NCBI GenBank assembly: GCA_001468925.1
Contig: LDIX01000006.1
Coordinates: 1 to 61,710 of the forward strand
Origin: a candidate division TM6 bacterium UASB340
GTDB lineage: Bacteria; Babelota; Babeliae; Babelales; UASB340
DNA: 61,710 nt
Direction: 5' to 3'
The position numbers and the translations under genes were made by a program. Positions 35,736-45,385 of this stretch are shown in pieces (the stretch's first letter is position 1; the number at the start of each line of letters is the position of its first letter). The notes under the pieces are model-generated. The model saw only the letters and a list, made by a program, of their open reading frames with translations, did not search any database and was not told the DNA's origin.

Positions 35736-37712
35736 ATGAAGAATTTAAAAAATATTGTTTTTAAGCTTAAATCTCCGTTTTTGCCAACAGGCTCTCAGCC
35801 TGAGGCAATAGAAAAATTAAAAACCCATAGACCCGGAAAATCAACACTTTTGGGTGTAACAGGGTCCGGTAAAACTTTTACTTTGGCCAATGTTATAGCC
35901 AATCAAAGTAAGCAAGTTATAATTTTATCGCCAAATAAAACTTTAGCTGCACAATTATATGAAGAATTTTCTCTGTTTTTTCCTGAAAATAAAGTCTGTT
36001 ATTTTGTAAGTTATTATGATTATTACCAGCCGGAATCTTATTTACCCGCACAGGATATTTATATTCCCAAAGAGACCAAAATTAATGATGAAATAGAAAG
36101 ATTAAGAGTTGAAGCGACTGCTTCTATAATTAATAGACAAGATACCATTATTATTGCTTCTGTTTCTGCCATTTATTCTTTAGGTAACCCTACAGATTAT
36201 AAAGAACTTACATTCAAAATTAATATTGGTGATAAAATTACAAGAAAAAATTTAATAGATAAATTAATTTTTATACAGTACAAGCGTAACGATTATGATA
36301 AAAAATCCGGCACTTTTTCAGTTTCCGGTAACACCGTTTTAATTGATTTACCTTATGATAGACACAATCTACGAATAGAACTTTTTGGTGATAAAATAGA
36401 TGTTTTGGAACTTATAGACAAAAAAAATAATACAGTTGTAAAATCTCTTGATAATTTTTTAATTTTTCCGGCAAAACATTTTGTGACAACTAAAGAAAAA
36501 TTAGATAATGCAATATCACGAATAAAAATAGATTTAGATATTGAAAGTGCAAAAATTGAAAACCCTGTTTATCGTGAGCGCTTAATAACAAGGGTTAATC
36601 ATGATATTGAAATGCTTATGGAAACTGGTTATTGTTCCGGCATAGAAAATTATTCCAGATATTTTGACGGCAGATTGCCGGGTGAAAGACCTAGTTGTTT
36701 ATTCGATTTCTTTGATAAAGATTTTTTATTAATTATAGATGAATCTCATATAGCAATTCCACAACTTACAGGTATGTATAAAGGTGATAAGGCTAGAAAA
36801 AAAGCTTTAGTGGATTTTGGTTTTAGATTACAGTCAAGTTATGATAATAGACCGTTAAAATTTGAAGAAATAGAAAGTTATTTTAAAGATGTGATCTATG
36901 TTTCTGCAACTCCATCAAATTATGAACTTAAAAATTCAGATGTTATTGCAGAGCAAATAGTTCGCCCAACCGGTATTTTGGATCCCAAAGTAGAGGTGAT
37001 AGGCCGTACGGGGCAACTTGATAACTTGGTTTCTCAAATTAGGCAAACAACTCAAAATGGGTTTAGAACCCTTGTTACCGTGCTGACCAAAAAAATGGCA
37101 GAAGAACTTGCAAAATATTTGGAAAAAGAAAAAATTAAAGTTTGTTATATGCATGCCGATATCAAAACGCCACAAAGAACTGAGCTTTTACATAAATTAA
37201 GATCAGGAGTTTTTGATTGTCTTGTTGGCATAAATTTATTGAGAGAGGGCTTAGATTTACCTGAAGTTGCGCTTGTTGCAATTATGGATGCCGATATGCA
37301 GGGATTTTTAAGAAATACCAGATCTTTAATTCAAACCATAGGTCGTGCTGCAAGAAATATAGAAAGCAAAGTAATTTTTTATGCAGATAAAATTACAGAT
37401 TCTATGCGCGAGGCGATTATAGAAACTGAACGACGTAGAATTTTGCAGGATAAATATAATAAAGAGCATGGGATAATTCCTGAAACTGTAGAACGCGAAG
37501 TTACAAAATCTATTTCTAATTTACAGCAAAGAATTGCCGATGCTTCAAATTTAAACAAATCTAAAAAAGATAAAATTTCTAAAGATGAAAAAGCTATTAT
37601 TGTTTTGATAAAACAACTTGAACAAGATATGAAACTTGCTGCAGAAAATCTTGATTTTGAGAAAGCAATTGAACTTAGGGATAAGATTTTGAAGTTGAAA
37701 GAAAATAAATAA
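35736..37712 (+). CDS. uvrB: excinuclease ABC subunit B
   Basis: 658 aa. Walker A GVTGSGKTFT, DESH box (IIDESHI), helicase motifs and a C-terminal UVR domain (FEKAIELRDKI). Confidence 0.93.
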   Translation: MKNLKNIVFKLKSPFLPTGSQPEAIEKLKTHRPGKSTLLGVTGSGKTFTLANVIANQSKQVIILSPNKTLAAQLYEEFSLFFPENKVCYFVSYYDYYQPESYLPAQDIYIPKETKINDEIERLRVEATASIINRQDTIIIASVSAIYSLGNPTDYKELTFKINIGDKITRKNLIDKLIFIQYKRNDYDKKSGTFSVSGNTVLIDLPYDRHNLRIELFGDKIDVLELIDKKNNTVVKSLDNFLIFPAKHFVTTKEKLDNAISRIKIDLDIESAKIENPVYRERLITRVNHDIEMLMETGYCSGIENYSRYFDGRLPGERPSCLFDFFDKDFLLIIDESHIAIPQLTGMYKGDKARKKALVDFGFRLQSSYDNRPLKFEEIESYFKDVIYVSATPSNYELKNSDVIAEQIVRPTGILDPKVEVIGRTGQLDNLVSQIRQTTQNGFRTLVTVLTKKMAEELAKYLEKEKIKVCYMHADIKTPQRTELLHKLRSGVFDCLVGINLLREGLDLPEVALVAIMDADMQGFLRNTRSLIQTIGRAARNIESKVIFYADKITDSMREAIIETERRRILQDKYNKEHGIIPETVEREVTKSISNLQQRIADASNLNKSKKDKISKDEKAIIVLIKQLEQDMKLAAENLDFEKAIELRDKILKLKENK

Positions 37713-37760
37713 AATATTTTTTAATAAAATTCTTGAATTTTTAAATATATTCGTTTAATG

Positions 37761-37775
37761 TGGAATTGTATTCCA
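37761..37775. promoter_or_regulatory. perfect palindrome TGGAAT-N3-ATTCCA just upstream of the AAA+ ATPase gene
   Basis: Read directly from the sequence. Lies 6 nt upstream of the ACGAGG RBS and 17 nt upstream of the ATG at 37793. Could be an operator or a small hairpin. Confidence 0.3.
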
Positions 37776-37792
37776 TAATAAACGAGGTTTTT

Positions 37793-39019
37793 ATGTTTAA
37801 AAGATCTTTAATTAGTGCAATAAAAGAAATTAATAACAGTTTTCCGGTTCTTTTGCTTACCGGACCCAGACAAGTTGGAAAAACAACTTTGCTCGAAATG
37901 TGTGCAGAAAAGGGCAGAAATTACGTAACACTTGATGATTTGGATATAAGAAAAATGGCTCAAAATGATCCCGGATTATTTATTCAAACATATAAAGCTC
38001 CAATTATTATTGATGAAGTACAATATGCACCAAAACTTTTTAGTTACATAAAAATGGAAGTTGATAAAAAAAAGCAAAATGGTCTTTTTTGGCTTACCGG
38101 ATCTCAAAAATTTCATTTAATGAAGGGTATTACGGAAAGTTTGGCCGGTAGGGTTGCCATTGTTAATTTATTAGGTCTTTCGCAGGCAGAAATTGATGGT
38201 AATATTAAAAATTATATCCCATTTATTTCGACTCAAAAATGGATAAATAATGCTAGTAAGAAAAAGATAAAATTAACAAATCTTCATGATGTTTATCATC
38301 AAATATGGCTTGGGTCTTTTCCTAAAGTAAATGTTGAGCAAAAAACATCTATAAGAAATATTTTTTATAGTTCTTATATTCAAACATATTTGCAAAGAGA
38401 TGTTAGAGATGTTTTAAGTGTTACTGACGATACTGCATTTTTTAATTTTTTAAGTGCTGTTGCAGCGCGAACTTCACAGTTGCTTAATTATGCCGATTTA
38501 GCAAGAGACGTTGCAATAGATACCAAAACAGCAAAAGCTTGGTTATCGGTTCTTGAAGCCTCTGGACTCGTTTATATTTTACGTCCATATCACAATAATC
38601 TTAGTAAAAGAATTGTTAAAGCTCCAAAAATGTATTTTTTAGATACGGGGCTTTGTGCATATCTTACAAAATGGTCAGATTCGGAATCGCTTGAACGAGG
38701 AGCCATGTCTGGTGCAATTTTTGAAACATATGTATTTACTGAAATTTTAAAAAGTTATTGGCACAATGGCTTAGAGTCTAATTTTTATTATTACAGAGAT
38801 ACTGATCAAAAGGAAATTGATTTAATTATAGAAACCGGTGATACACTTTATCCAATTGAATTTAAAAAGACGGCTACGCCATCTTTAACAGCAACAAAAA
38901 ATTTTGATGTTTTAAATAAATTGGGCAAAAAGGTGGGGCATGGTGCGGTAATTTGTTTTGTTGAGCGTGATGTTCCGTTATCAAAAGAAGTTACAGCAAT
39001 TCCTGTTGGATATTTATAA
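37793..39019 (+). CDS. AAA+ ATPase of the AAA_14/DUF4143 type (COG1373-like)
   Basis: Start is the ATG at 37793 (MFKRSLISAIKE...). Walker A LLTGPRQVGKTT. Walker B IIIDEVQY. The C-terminal region resembles the DUF4143 / restriction-endonuclease-like fold (...YYRDTDQKEIDLIIE). Confidence 0.7.
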   Translation: MFKRSLISAIKEINNSFPVLLLTGPRQVGKTTLLEMCAEKGRNYVTLDDLDIRKMAQNDPGLFIQTYKAPIIIDEVQYAPKLFSYIKMEVDKKKQNGLFWLTGSQKFHLMKGITESLAGRVAIVNLLGLSQAEIDGNIKNYIPFISTQKWINNASKKKIKLTNLHDVYHQIWLGSFPKVNVEQKTSIRNIFYSSYIQTYLQRDVRDVLSVTDDTAFFNFLSAVAARTSQLLNYADLARDVAIDTKTAKAWLSVLEASGLVYILRPYHNNLSKRIVKAPKMYFLDTGLCAYLTKWSDSESLERGAMSGAIFETYVFTEILKSYWHNGLESNFYYYRDTDQKEIDLIIETGDTLYPIEFKKTATPSLTATKNFDVLNKLGKKVGHGAVICFVERDVPLSKEVTAIPVGYL

Positions 39020-39058
39020 ATTATATTAAATGCAGTTTAATTTTGTCTTATAATTTTA

Positions 39059-39859
39059 TCACATCTTAACATTCATTAAACTACCGGATTCGTATCTTTT
39101 AAGCCCTTTTTTGAATACAAAAATAGCTAAAAAGTACGTTACTACAGTAAAAGCTAAAAGCAATAGAAAGTAGTAAATATTAAAAGTCTTAATTAATTTT
39201 ACAGGAAGTTCCGCTACAAAAAAACCGGGAATAATTGTAAACATAATAATTTTAAAAAACCCGGTAAAGCTTCCTTGTGGTGTATAAGTACAGAATGCAA
39301 GTGCAACATAAAGTTGTTCTGCTGCATCTTCAAAATTTCCAAAATAAAATGCCATAGACTGTGTTGTAACTTGAAAATTAAACAAAATTACGCTTGTAAT
39401 TAAGCATAATGATATAAATGTAATTACCGGTAAAAATGATAACTGACCGAACATAATATAAATAATTATACCAAATAATACTTCACCGAGTCCGGGCAGT
39501 AAACTTTTACTTGTTGCAACACTCCAAAGTAAATTTTGTGGAGCTGTTATATGTTGGTCCAATTCGCCATTAGCTATTTTTTTTGCCAGTTCCCATGTTC
39601 CTCCGGCAAAAAATGAACACAACCCAAAATTAATAGATGATAAAGCTATTAAAATCATCATGTCGTTTGATTGCCAACCGTTAATAATTGGAAATCGTTT
39701 GAAAAATATTGTCCACATTATGGCAAATGATGTGTCGCCAATCATCATTCCAATTATTTGCATTATAAAACTTGTTTTATAAGCTGCTGCAGATTTAATA
39801 TTAGTTTTAACCATTAATATTGAAAATTTTAAATATTTAACCGGCGTTGATAGAAACAT
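39059..39859 (-). CDS. ABC-2 type transporter permease (second permease)
   Basis: 266 aa with about 6 TM segments. Overlaps the upstream permease gene by 23 nt. Last gene of a minus-strand operon. Confidence 0.7.
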   Translation of the reverse strand: MFLSTPVKYLKFSILMVKTNIKSAAAYKTSFIMQIIGMMIGDTSFAIMWTIFFKRFPIINGWQSNDMMILIALSSINFGLCSFFAGGTWELAKKIANGELDQHITAPQNLLWSVATSKSLLPGLGEVLFGIIIYIMFGQLSFLPVITFISLCLITSVILFNFQVTTQSMAFYFGNFEDAAEQLYVALAFCTYTPQGSFTGFFKIIMFTIIPGFFVAELPVKLIKTFNIYYFLLLLAFTVVTYFLAIFVFKKGLKRYESGSLMNVKM

Positions 39860-40646
39860 TTTTCATGCCCCTTTTAAATGTTAGTATCGATAAAAAAACA
39901 AAAAATAATATCCAACAGCATTGAATAATTAAATATTTAAAAAATAAATTAATTTCAAAATTTACAATTGTTCTTGCCGAACCATAATAAAGATGCGTAA
40001 ATGGTAAAAATTCAGCAATATGAGCAATTCTTTCCGGAAATAATGAGAGCGGGACTACCAGTCCGCCAAATATGTATTGAATTCGTTGATAAATCCATGC
40101 GAAAGGCTCTTGATCTTCCACCCAAAAAGATATTATTCCTATGATAAAATTTATAAAAAAATCCAATGTATAACCTAAAAATAAAAGTAATATTCCTAAA
40201 ATAAAACTTGTAATACTTGGTAATTGTAATGGGCCGACTAAAATTATTGCAGACAATATTCCAATAAATAACGTACTAATCAAACCGGTAACAACTCTTC
40301 CTAAATAATTAAAATAATGAAAAAGTATAAAAGAATAAGGTTTATTTAAAGAAAGGGTTATGGCGCCGCTTCTGACATCTTCACCTATAAGTTGATCGGT
40401 TCTTGGTCTTGTTGATGATCTAAAACATTGGACTAAAACCATACTCCAAATTGTTGTTACAACAGTAAGTCCACCAACAGATTCTTGTCCTATTGCTTTA
40501 TAACTTGCAATGTAAAGTTGTGAAAACATCCAAATTCTAAACATTACAGCAAAGCTTCTTGCAATAAGATTTGATTTATAAGTTGTGCGTGATTGTATAC
40601 TTGTTTTTATTACGTAAAAATATTTTAAAATCTTTTTAGATACCAT
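39837..40646 (-). CDS. ABC-2 type transporter permease (first permease)
   Basis: 269 aa with about 6 TM segments. Overlaps the ATPase gene by 11 nt. Confidence 0.7.
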   Translation of the reverse strand: MVSKKILKYFYVIKTSIQSRTTYKSNLIARSFAVMFRIWMFSQLYIASYKAIGQESVGGLTVVTTIWSMVLVQCFRSSTRPRTDQLIGEDVRSGAITLSLNKPYSFILFHYFNYLGRVVTGLISTLFIGILSAIILVGPLQLPSITSFILGILLLFLGYTLDFFINFIIGIISFWVEDQEPFAWIYQRIQYIFGGLVVPLSLFPERIAHIAEFLPFTHLYYGSARTIVNFEINLFFKYLIIQCCWILFFVFLSILTFKRGMKNVSINAG

Positions 40647-41634
40647 TATTTCTGCTCATTTGGTAAATATTTGATATTATCTCTTCCATCGGAGGTTCGT
40701 AGATATTTATATCTTTTATATCAAAATTATTTGTAGCAAAACTTAAAAGTTTATCCATGGAGCTTTTTTCCTGTTCAATTTCAATTTTTATGGAATACTT
40801 TGTTTGTTCAACTATTTTACCACCATCAAAATTAAAATTTAAAATCGGTTCTTCAGTGATAAATTCTATAATTTTTTTAGAGATAAAATTATTTTTTAGT
40901 TGTTCCGTAACTCCGTCAAATATTATTTTACCGTAATTTATTATAATTGTTCTATTTGCAAGCGTTTCTATATCACCGGCATCATGAGATGTTAAAAAGA
41001 TTGTTACACCTTCTTGTTTATTTAGAAATAGTATTACTTCTCGAATTTGTTGTTTGGCTATTACATCAAGTCCAATTGTTGGCTCATCTAAAAAGATTAT
41101 TTTGGGTTGATGTATTAACGATGCAACTATTTCGCATCGCATACGCTGGCCCAAAGACAATTTTCTTACCGGGGTATGTATTAAATTTTTAAGTTCAAAT
41201 GATTCGACTAGAAAATCCAATCTTGATTTATATTTAGCCTGATCGAGTTCGTATAAACGTGAAAGTAAATTATATGTATCTAATGGGCTTAAATGATACC
41301 AAAGTTGTGATCTTTGGCCAAAAACGGAACCTATGCTGTAAGCTAATTTTTGTCTATTTTCAGCCGGATCGAGATCTAAAACTTTTATGTTGCCTGAGCT
41401 TGGATATAAAATTCCGGTCAACATTTTTATTGTAGTCGATTTTCCGGCTCCATTTGGCCCAATAAATGCCAAAAGTTCACCCGGTTCGACTGAAAATGAT
41501 ATGTGATCAACTACGGTAGTTTTTTTTGTTTGTTGGCTAAAAATGGAAGTTATACTTCCAAGTAACCCCGGTCTTTTTTGTTTTAGTTCAAAGATTTTTG
41601 TAAGATCTTTTACTTCTATAATTGGTTTATTCAT
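40636..41634 (-). CDS. ABC transporter ATP-binding protein (uncharacterised ABC-2 exporter family)
   Basis: Walker A GPNGAGKST, signature LSLGQRMR, Walker B IIFLDEPTIGLD. Carries a roughly 100-aa C-terminal extension. Confidence 0.88.
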   Translation of the reverse strand: MNKPIIEVKDLTKIFELKQKRPGLLGSITSIFSQQTKKTTVVDHISFSVEPGELLAFIGPNGAGKSTTIKMLTGILYPSSGNIKVLDLDPAENRQKLAYSIGSVFGQRSQLWYHLSPLDTYNLLSRLYELDQAKYKSRLDFLVESFELKNLIHTPVRKLSLGQRMRCEIVASLIHQPKIIFLDEPTIGLDVIAKQQIREVILFLNKQEGVTIFLTSHDAGDIETLANRTIIINYGKIIFDGVTEQLKNNFISKKIIEFITEEPILNFNFDGGKIVEQTKYSIKIEIEQEKSSMDKLLSFATNNFDIKDINIYEPPMEEIISNIYQMSRNNGI

Positions 41635-41650
41635 TTTTTACACTTATTTT

Positions 41651-43003
41651 TTATTCAATTATTTTATTTTCTTCTTGCAACTCGTTAAATTTATTACCTA
41701 CAAATGTAGCAACAAATATCCAAATTCCAACAATACCCAAAGAAACAACTGTTCCATAAAGAAATAATGGGGAAATTTTATTTATAGCACCGCCAAGTGA
41801 TTTTGTAGTGCGTAGACCAACAGAATCAATCCAACCTTTTGATTTAAATCTAACATCTTTACTTGTTGGAACGTATAAAACTTCACTTGTAGGCTTGTTG
41901 AGTGCATAATTTAGCCCCTTAATTGCAACCGAAGCCCATAAAAAGATCCACATCATGTAGTTATTACCAAGACCTGATAAAAAAGAAACATAACTGGATA
42001 AAACAATAAGACCTATTGTCGTTGGGAATGCTATTAAGCAAAATTTTAAACCAAATTTTCTCATAAAGATACTTGTTCCGCCAAAAACCACGAAAATAAA
42101 TGATAGAACATTAATTCCAAGACCTTGATATCCTTTAAAAACTGCAAATTCTTGATGTGATAATGTGCTTAAGGCTGAAACGCCCATTTGATACTCAATT
42201 ATTGTTGATATTATCTCATAGAAGGAGGCAACAATAAAAATTCCAATGACATATGGACGTGTTAGTAAAAGTTTTATTCCTTCCAGAAAACCGGTTGCTT
42301 TTTTTTCCGAAAGCTCTGATTTTTTAGTTTCTTCGAGTTCCTTTTTAAATACCGATAAATATAATTTTATAAAGATGGGAGCAATTAAAACTAGAACACC
42401 ACCTATAAAATAGACAATTGAAAAACCTTGTGTTTTTACAAGGTACATTTCTACCAAAACTCCAACCATAGTGGCTATTTGGATAAAAACGAATAAAAAG
42501 CCGTAACCTTTTTTTGCAAGATCCGTTGTCATAACACTTGCAATAAAAGAGTAGAATAGAGCAATTAGTATGGACCCATATGTTTCTAAAAATATATATA
42601 AAAACCAACCAAGGCCTTTTCCTGGAATCCAAGATACTAGTGGATAAAATTTTGATGTATCATTAATAGAAACAATATTTGGGTGTGTAATTAAAAAGCT
42701 TAAGATAATAAATGTAAAACCGTAAAAAGCACACATTATATAAATTAATGTATTTTTTTTAAAAAGATCTACCAATTTACTATAACCAAGAGCAACTGCA
42801 AACATAAGTAATGGTGTAATTATTTTTATCACAGGTTGGTATTTTTCAAATCCTACAAAAAGGTTGAACAACGCATCTTTTGTTACTCTTAACATCCAGT
42901 AGTTTCCAACTATTAGCATCATGGCGCCAGCTAGAATGCCGAATTTTTTATATTCTTCTTTAGTAAGATCGCCCCAAAGAGCTTTAATTATTTTAGATAT
43001 CAT
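41651..43003 (-). CDS. tlc: ATP/ADP translocase (nucleotide transporter, TLC/NTT family)
   Basis: 450 aa with about 11-12 TM segments. The N-terminal landmark EEYKKFGILAGAMMLIVGNYWMLRVTKDALF matches the NTT pattern (..KF.P.A.MMF....NY..LR..KD..). Confidence 0.8.
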   Translation of the reverse strand: MISKIIKALWGDLTKEEYKKFGILAGAMMLIVGNYWMLRVTKDALFNLFVGFEKYQPVIKIITPLLMFAVALGYSKLVDLFKKNTLIYIMCAFYGFTFIILSFLITHPNIVSINDTSKFYPLVSWIPGKGLGWFLYIFLETYGSILIALFYSFIASVMTTDLAKKGYGFLFVFIQIATMVGVLVEMYLVKTQGFSIVYFIGGVLVLIAPIFIKLYLSVFKKELEETKKSELSEKKATGFLEGIKLLLTRPYVIGIFIVASFYEIISTIIEYQMGVSALSTLSHQEFAVFKGYQGLGINVLSFIFVVFGGTSIFMRKFGLKFCLIAFPTTIGLIVLSSYVSFLSGLGNNYMMWIFLWASVAIKGLNYALNKPTSEVLYVPTSKDVRFKSKGWIDSVGLRTTKSLGGAINKISPLFLYGTVVSLGIVGIWIFVATFVGNKFNELQEENKIIE

Positions 43004-43160
43004 AAGTATCCCCTCACAAAAGGTTAGAAATGTTAATAAAATATCTCAAAAAATAAAATATATACGCAAGTATTTACGTATATTGGGGAAAATGCCATAC
43101 AAAGCTTTTATATTTACTGTAAAATAAGTTGGAAGCCAAATCTTTACTGGATTTTCCTCG

Positions 43161-43195
43161 TAAAGATGTTTGTTGAAAAAGATTGAACATCTTTA
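43161..43195. repeat. perfect 10-bp inverted repeat (hairpin) in a 430-bp intergenic region
   Basis: TAAAGATGTT (43161-43170), a 15-nt loop, then AACATCTTTA (43186-43195). The core ATCTTTAC also occurs at 43140-43147. Confidence 0.6.
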
Positions 43196-43433
43196 CATCT
43201 CAGTATTTCATTAAATTATTTTAAAATCAAGTAAAAGTAACTTGAAAATCAAGCTTATTTTAGGACTTTTTCCATAGATTTATGACTGATATTTTAGATA
43301 TAAAGTTGGCCAAATTGTAACTTTAAGTTTGGATTTGGCTAATAAATTATTATTTTCTATATCATTTGAATTATATTTATAATTTCTATAAACTATAAAT
43401 ATGCATAGTATTTAATTAATTTTTGGGGGGATT

Positions 43434-45254
43434 ATGTTAAAACGAAATTATATAAAAATACTTTTATTGCTAATTAGTATTTTTCAGACTTTAAAACCTA
43501 GTTATATTGTTTTTGAAAAAACAAAAAAATCAAAAAAAATCGTTGATTTAGCTACTTATGACTATGTATATAAAAATATTTTAAATAAATATACTTATCC
43601 AATGAGCTCTATTAATAAAGAACTTTTAGATGATAATGATTTAAAAAATTCTTTATTTGATCAAGCTAAGTCTGAAGCCGAAGCTGAAGAAGAAATTATA
43701 AGAGAAAAGGTAAAAACTTATAATTCCAATTTGGATGTTTTGTATGTGCCAAATATATTTTTAGAAATGGCTTTTACTTTGGCATATTTCACAGATTATA
43801 ATAAAGATAAAAATTTATTTGATATTCCTGATAATGTTAAAAATTTAAAAAATGCTTTTTTAAATGGTCAAAATGTAGATAGTTATTCAGAAAATCTTGG
43901 TTCAAATCTTTTTTGTAAATTTAAAGAAATAAAAGATGAAATAGAAAAAATTTGCGGTCCTATAACCAAATCAAATTTTTACTTAGACATTTCATTTTTA
44001 GATGATTTAGATACTGAAAAAATCATTGAAAATATCGACGGTTTCAATAACCATTCATTTATCGTATATAGTAATTATTATGTAAATAATTTAATTATTC
44101 AGATATTAAATTCCAATAAAGATAAAGAATTAAAAGAAATCTTTAGTTTTTTAATAGAATCTTTCAAAAATGTTATAAAAGAAAATGTTTTAACATCTGT
44201 CGAAGATTTTTATTATTATTTGCTAGCCGGATACAGTATTGAAAAAAACAATATTTTTAATATGGAAGGCAATATTTTTGGTTTTGATCGTTCGCCAAGA
44301 ACTAAACTAAAAGATTTTATTCCAGGTATTAAAAATTTTATTTTTGGTGTTGAGACTGGATCTTATTATTTATCTATGTTTAATTTTTGTAGGTATGAAT
44401 CATTTTTTAATTTTGTAGGCAATAATTATGATGTTGATAAATATGATCAATCCAAATCTATGATGGATGCTTTATTTAAAGATATATATGATATGGTTAA
44501 AGAAGAATATTTTGAATATCAATCAAAAATATTTAATAAAATATTTGATACCGAAATTGAAAATCACTCAAAATCAAATGATTTTTATTTGTATAGATAT
44601 TCTAATGTCTTTGAAAATGATAAGGGTAAACTGGACACAAATTTTAGGGAAAAATTCTTTTTAGATGAGACCGGACAGTTTAGATCAATTTCTTTTGCAA
44701 ATAATTTATTTGGCGGAATGATTGGTGATCCAAATGCTTCTACTTTATATTTTTTTCTAGGAAGCGGTTTAACTGAAAAAGCTCATATATTATATAGTCT
44801 TCCAGTTAAAAAAACTCTTATTTGGGATAAAGATAATATCTTTTATATTTCACCATTTAGTACAATATTGTCATTTTTTTCAGCCGGAGAATGGTTTCAT
44901 ACCAGAACTAAAATTGCTAATTCAGGATTGCCAACCGTAGAGTTTATTGCATCATATCAAATTGTTATAAGAGGGCTTTATAATTTTATTTTAGTTGAGT
45001 CTAAAGATTTGGATGAATTTTTTAAAGATTTTAAACCATATAAAGAGTATAAAAATAAAGAAGATATCCCGGATGAAATAAATGATAAAATGGATGAAAT
45101 TCTTATAAATTTTACAGAAAAATCTATAACTTTAAATCCGGATAGACTTAAAGAAAAATCAAATATTTTGTTTGGTGATTTTAGCTTTCAAGATCAAGAT
45201 AAAAAATTTAACGAAGTTTTAAACAGAAAAGCTATTTTATACAAAAATTTTTAG
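43434..45254 (+). CDS. large secreted protein, unknown function
   Basis: 606 aa with MLKRNYIKILLLLISIFQTLKPS signal-like N-terminus and a GGGGGA RBS. No confident motif. Confidence 0.7.
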   Translation: MLKRNYIKILLLLISIFQTLKPSYIVFEKTKKSKKIVDLATYDYVYKNILNKYTYPMSSINKELLDDNDLKNSLFDQAKSEAEAEEEIIREKVKTYNSNLDVLYVPNIFLEMAFTLAYFTDYNKDKNLFDIPDNVKNLKNAFLNGQNVDSYSENLGSNLFCKFKEIKDEIEKICGPITKSNFYLDISFLDDLDTEKIIENIDGFNNHSFIVYSNYYVNNLIIQILNSNKDKELKEIFSFLIESFKNVIKENVLTSVEDFYYYLLAGYSIEKNNIFNMEGNIFGFDRSPRTKLKDFIPGIKNFIFGVETGSYYLSMFNFCRYESFFNFVGNNYDVDKYDQSKSMMDALFKDIYDMVKEEYFEYQSKIFNKIFDTEIENHSKSNDFYLYRYSNVFENDKGKLDTNFREKFFLDETGQFRSISFANNLFGGMIGDPNASTLYFFLGSGLTEKAHILYSLPVKKTLIWDKDNIFYISPFSTILSFFSAGEWFHTRTKIANSGLPTVEFIASYQIVIRGLYNFILVESKDLDEFFKDFKPYKEYKNKEDIPDEINDKMDEILINFTEKSITLNPDRLKEKSNILFGDFSFQDQDKKFNEVLNRKAILYKNF

Positions 45255-45385
45255 ATTAAATTTTTATATAAATCGAAATAGCCAAAATATCCTTTTTTTG
45301 TTATTGAGCTTTTAAATATTATATATAAATTTATATATAATAACGTAAAAGTTTAAATAATTGTTTTTAAATCAGGATTTATTTT

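Noticed and set aside
43434-45254. A weak ADP-ribosyltransferase-like R / S-T-x / E pattern in the 606-aa secreted protein (YRYSNV ... SPFSTIL ... AGEWFH).
   Set aside because: There is no proper [QE]-x-E catalytic motif. The spacing and context could not be verified without profile alignment. Short-motif matches like these are expected by chance in a 606-aa protein.
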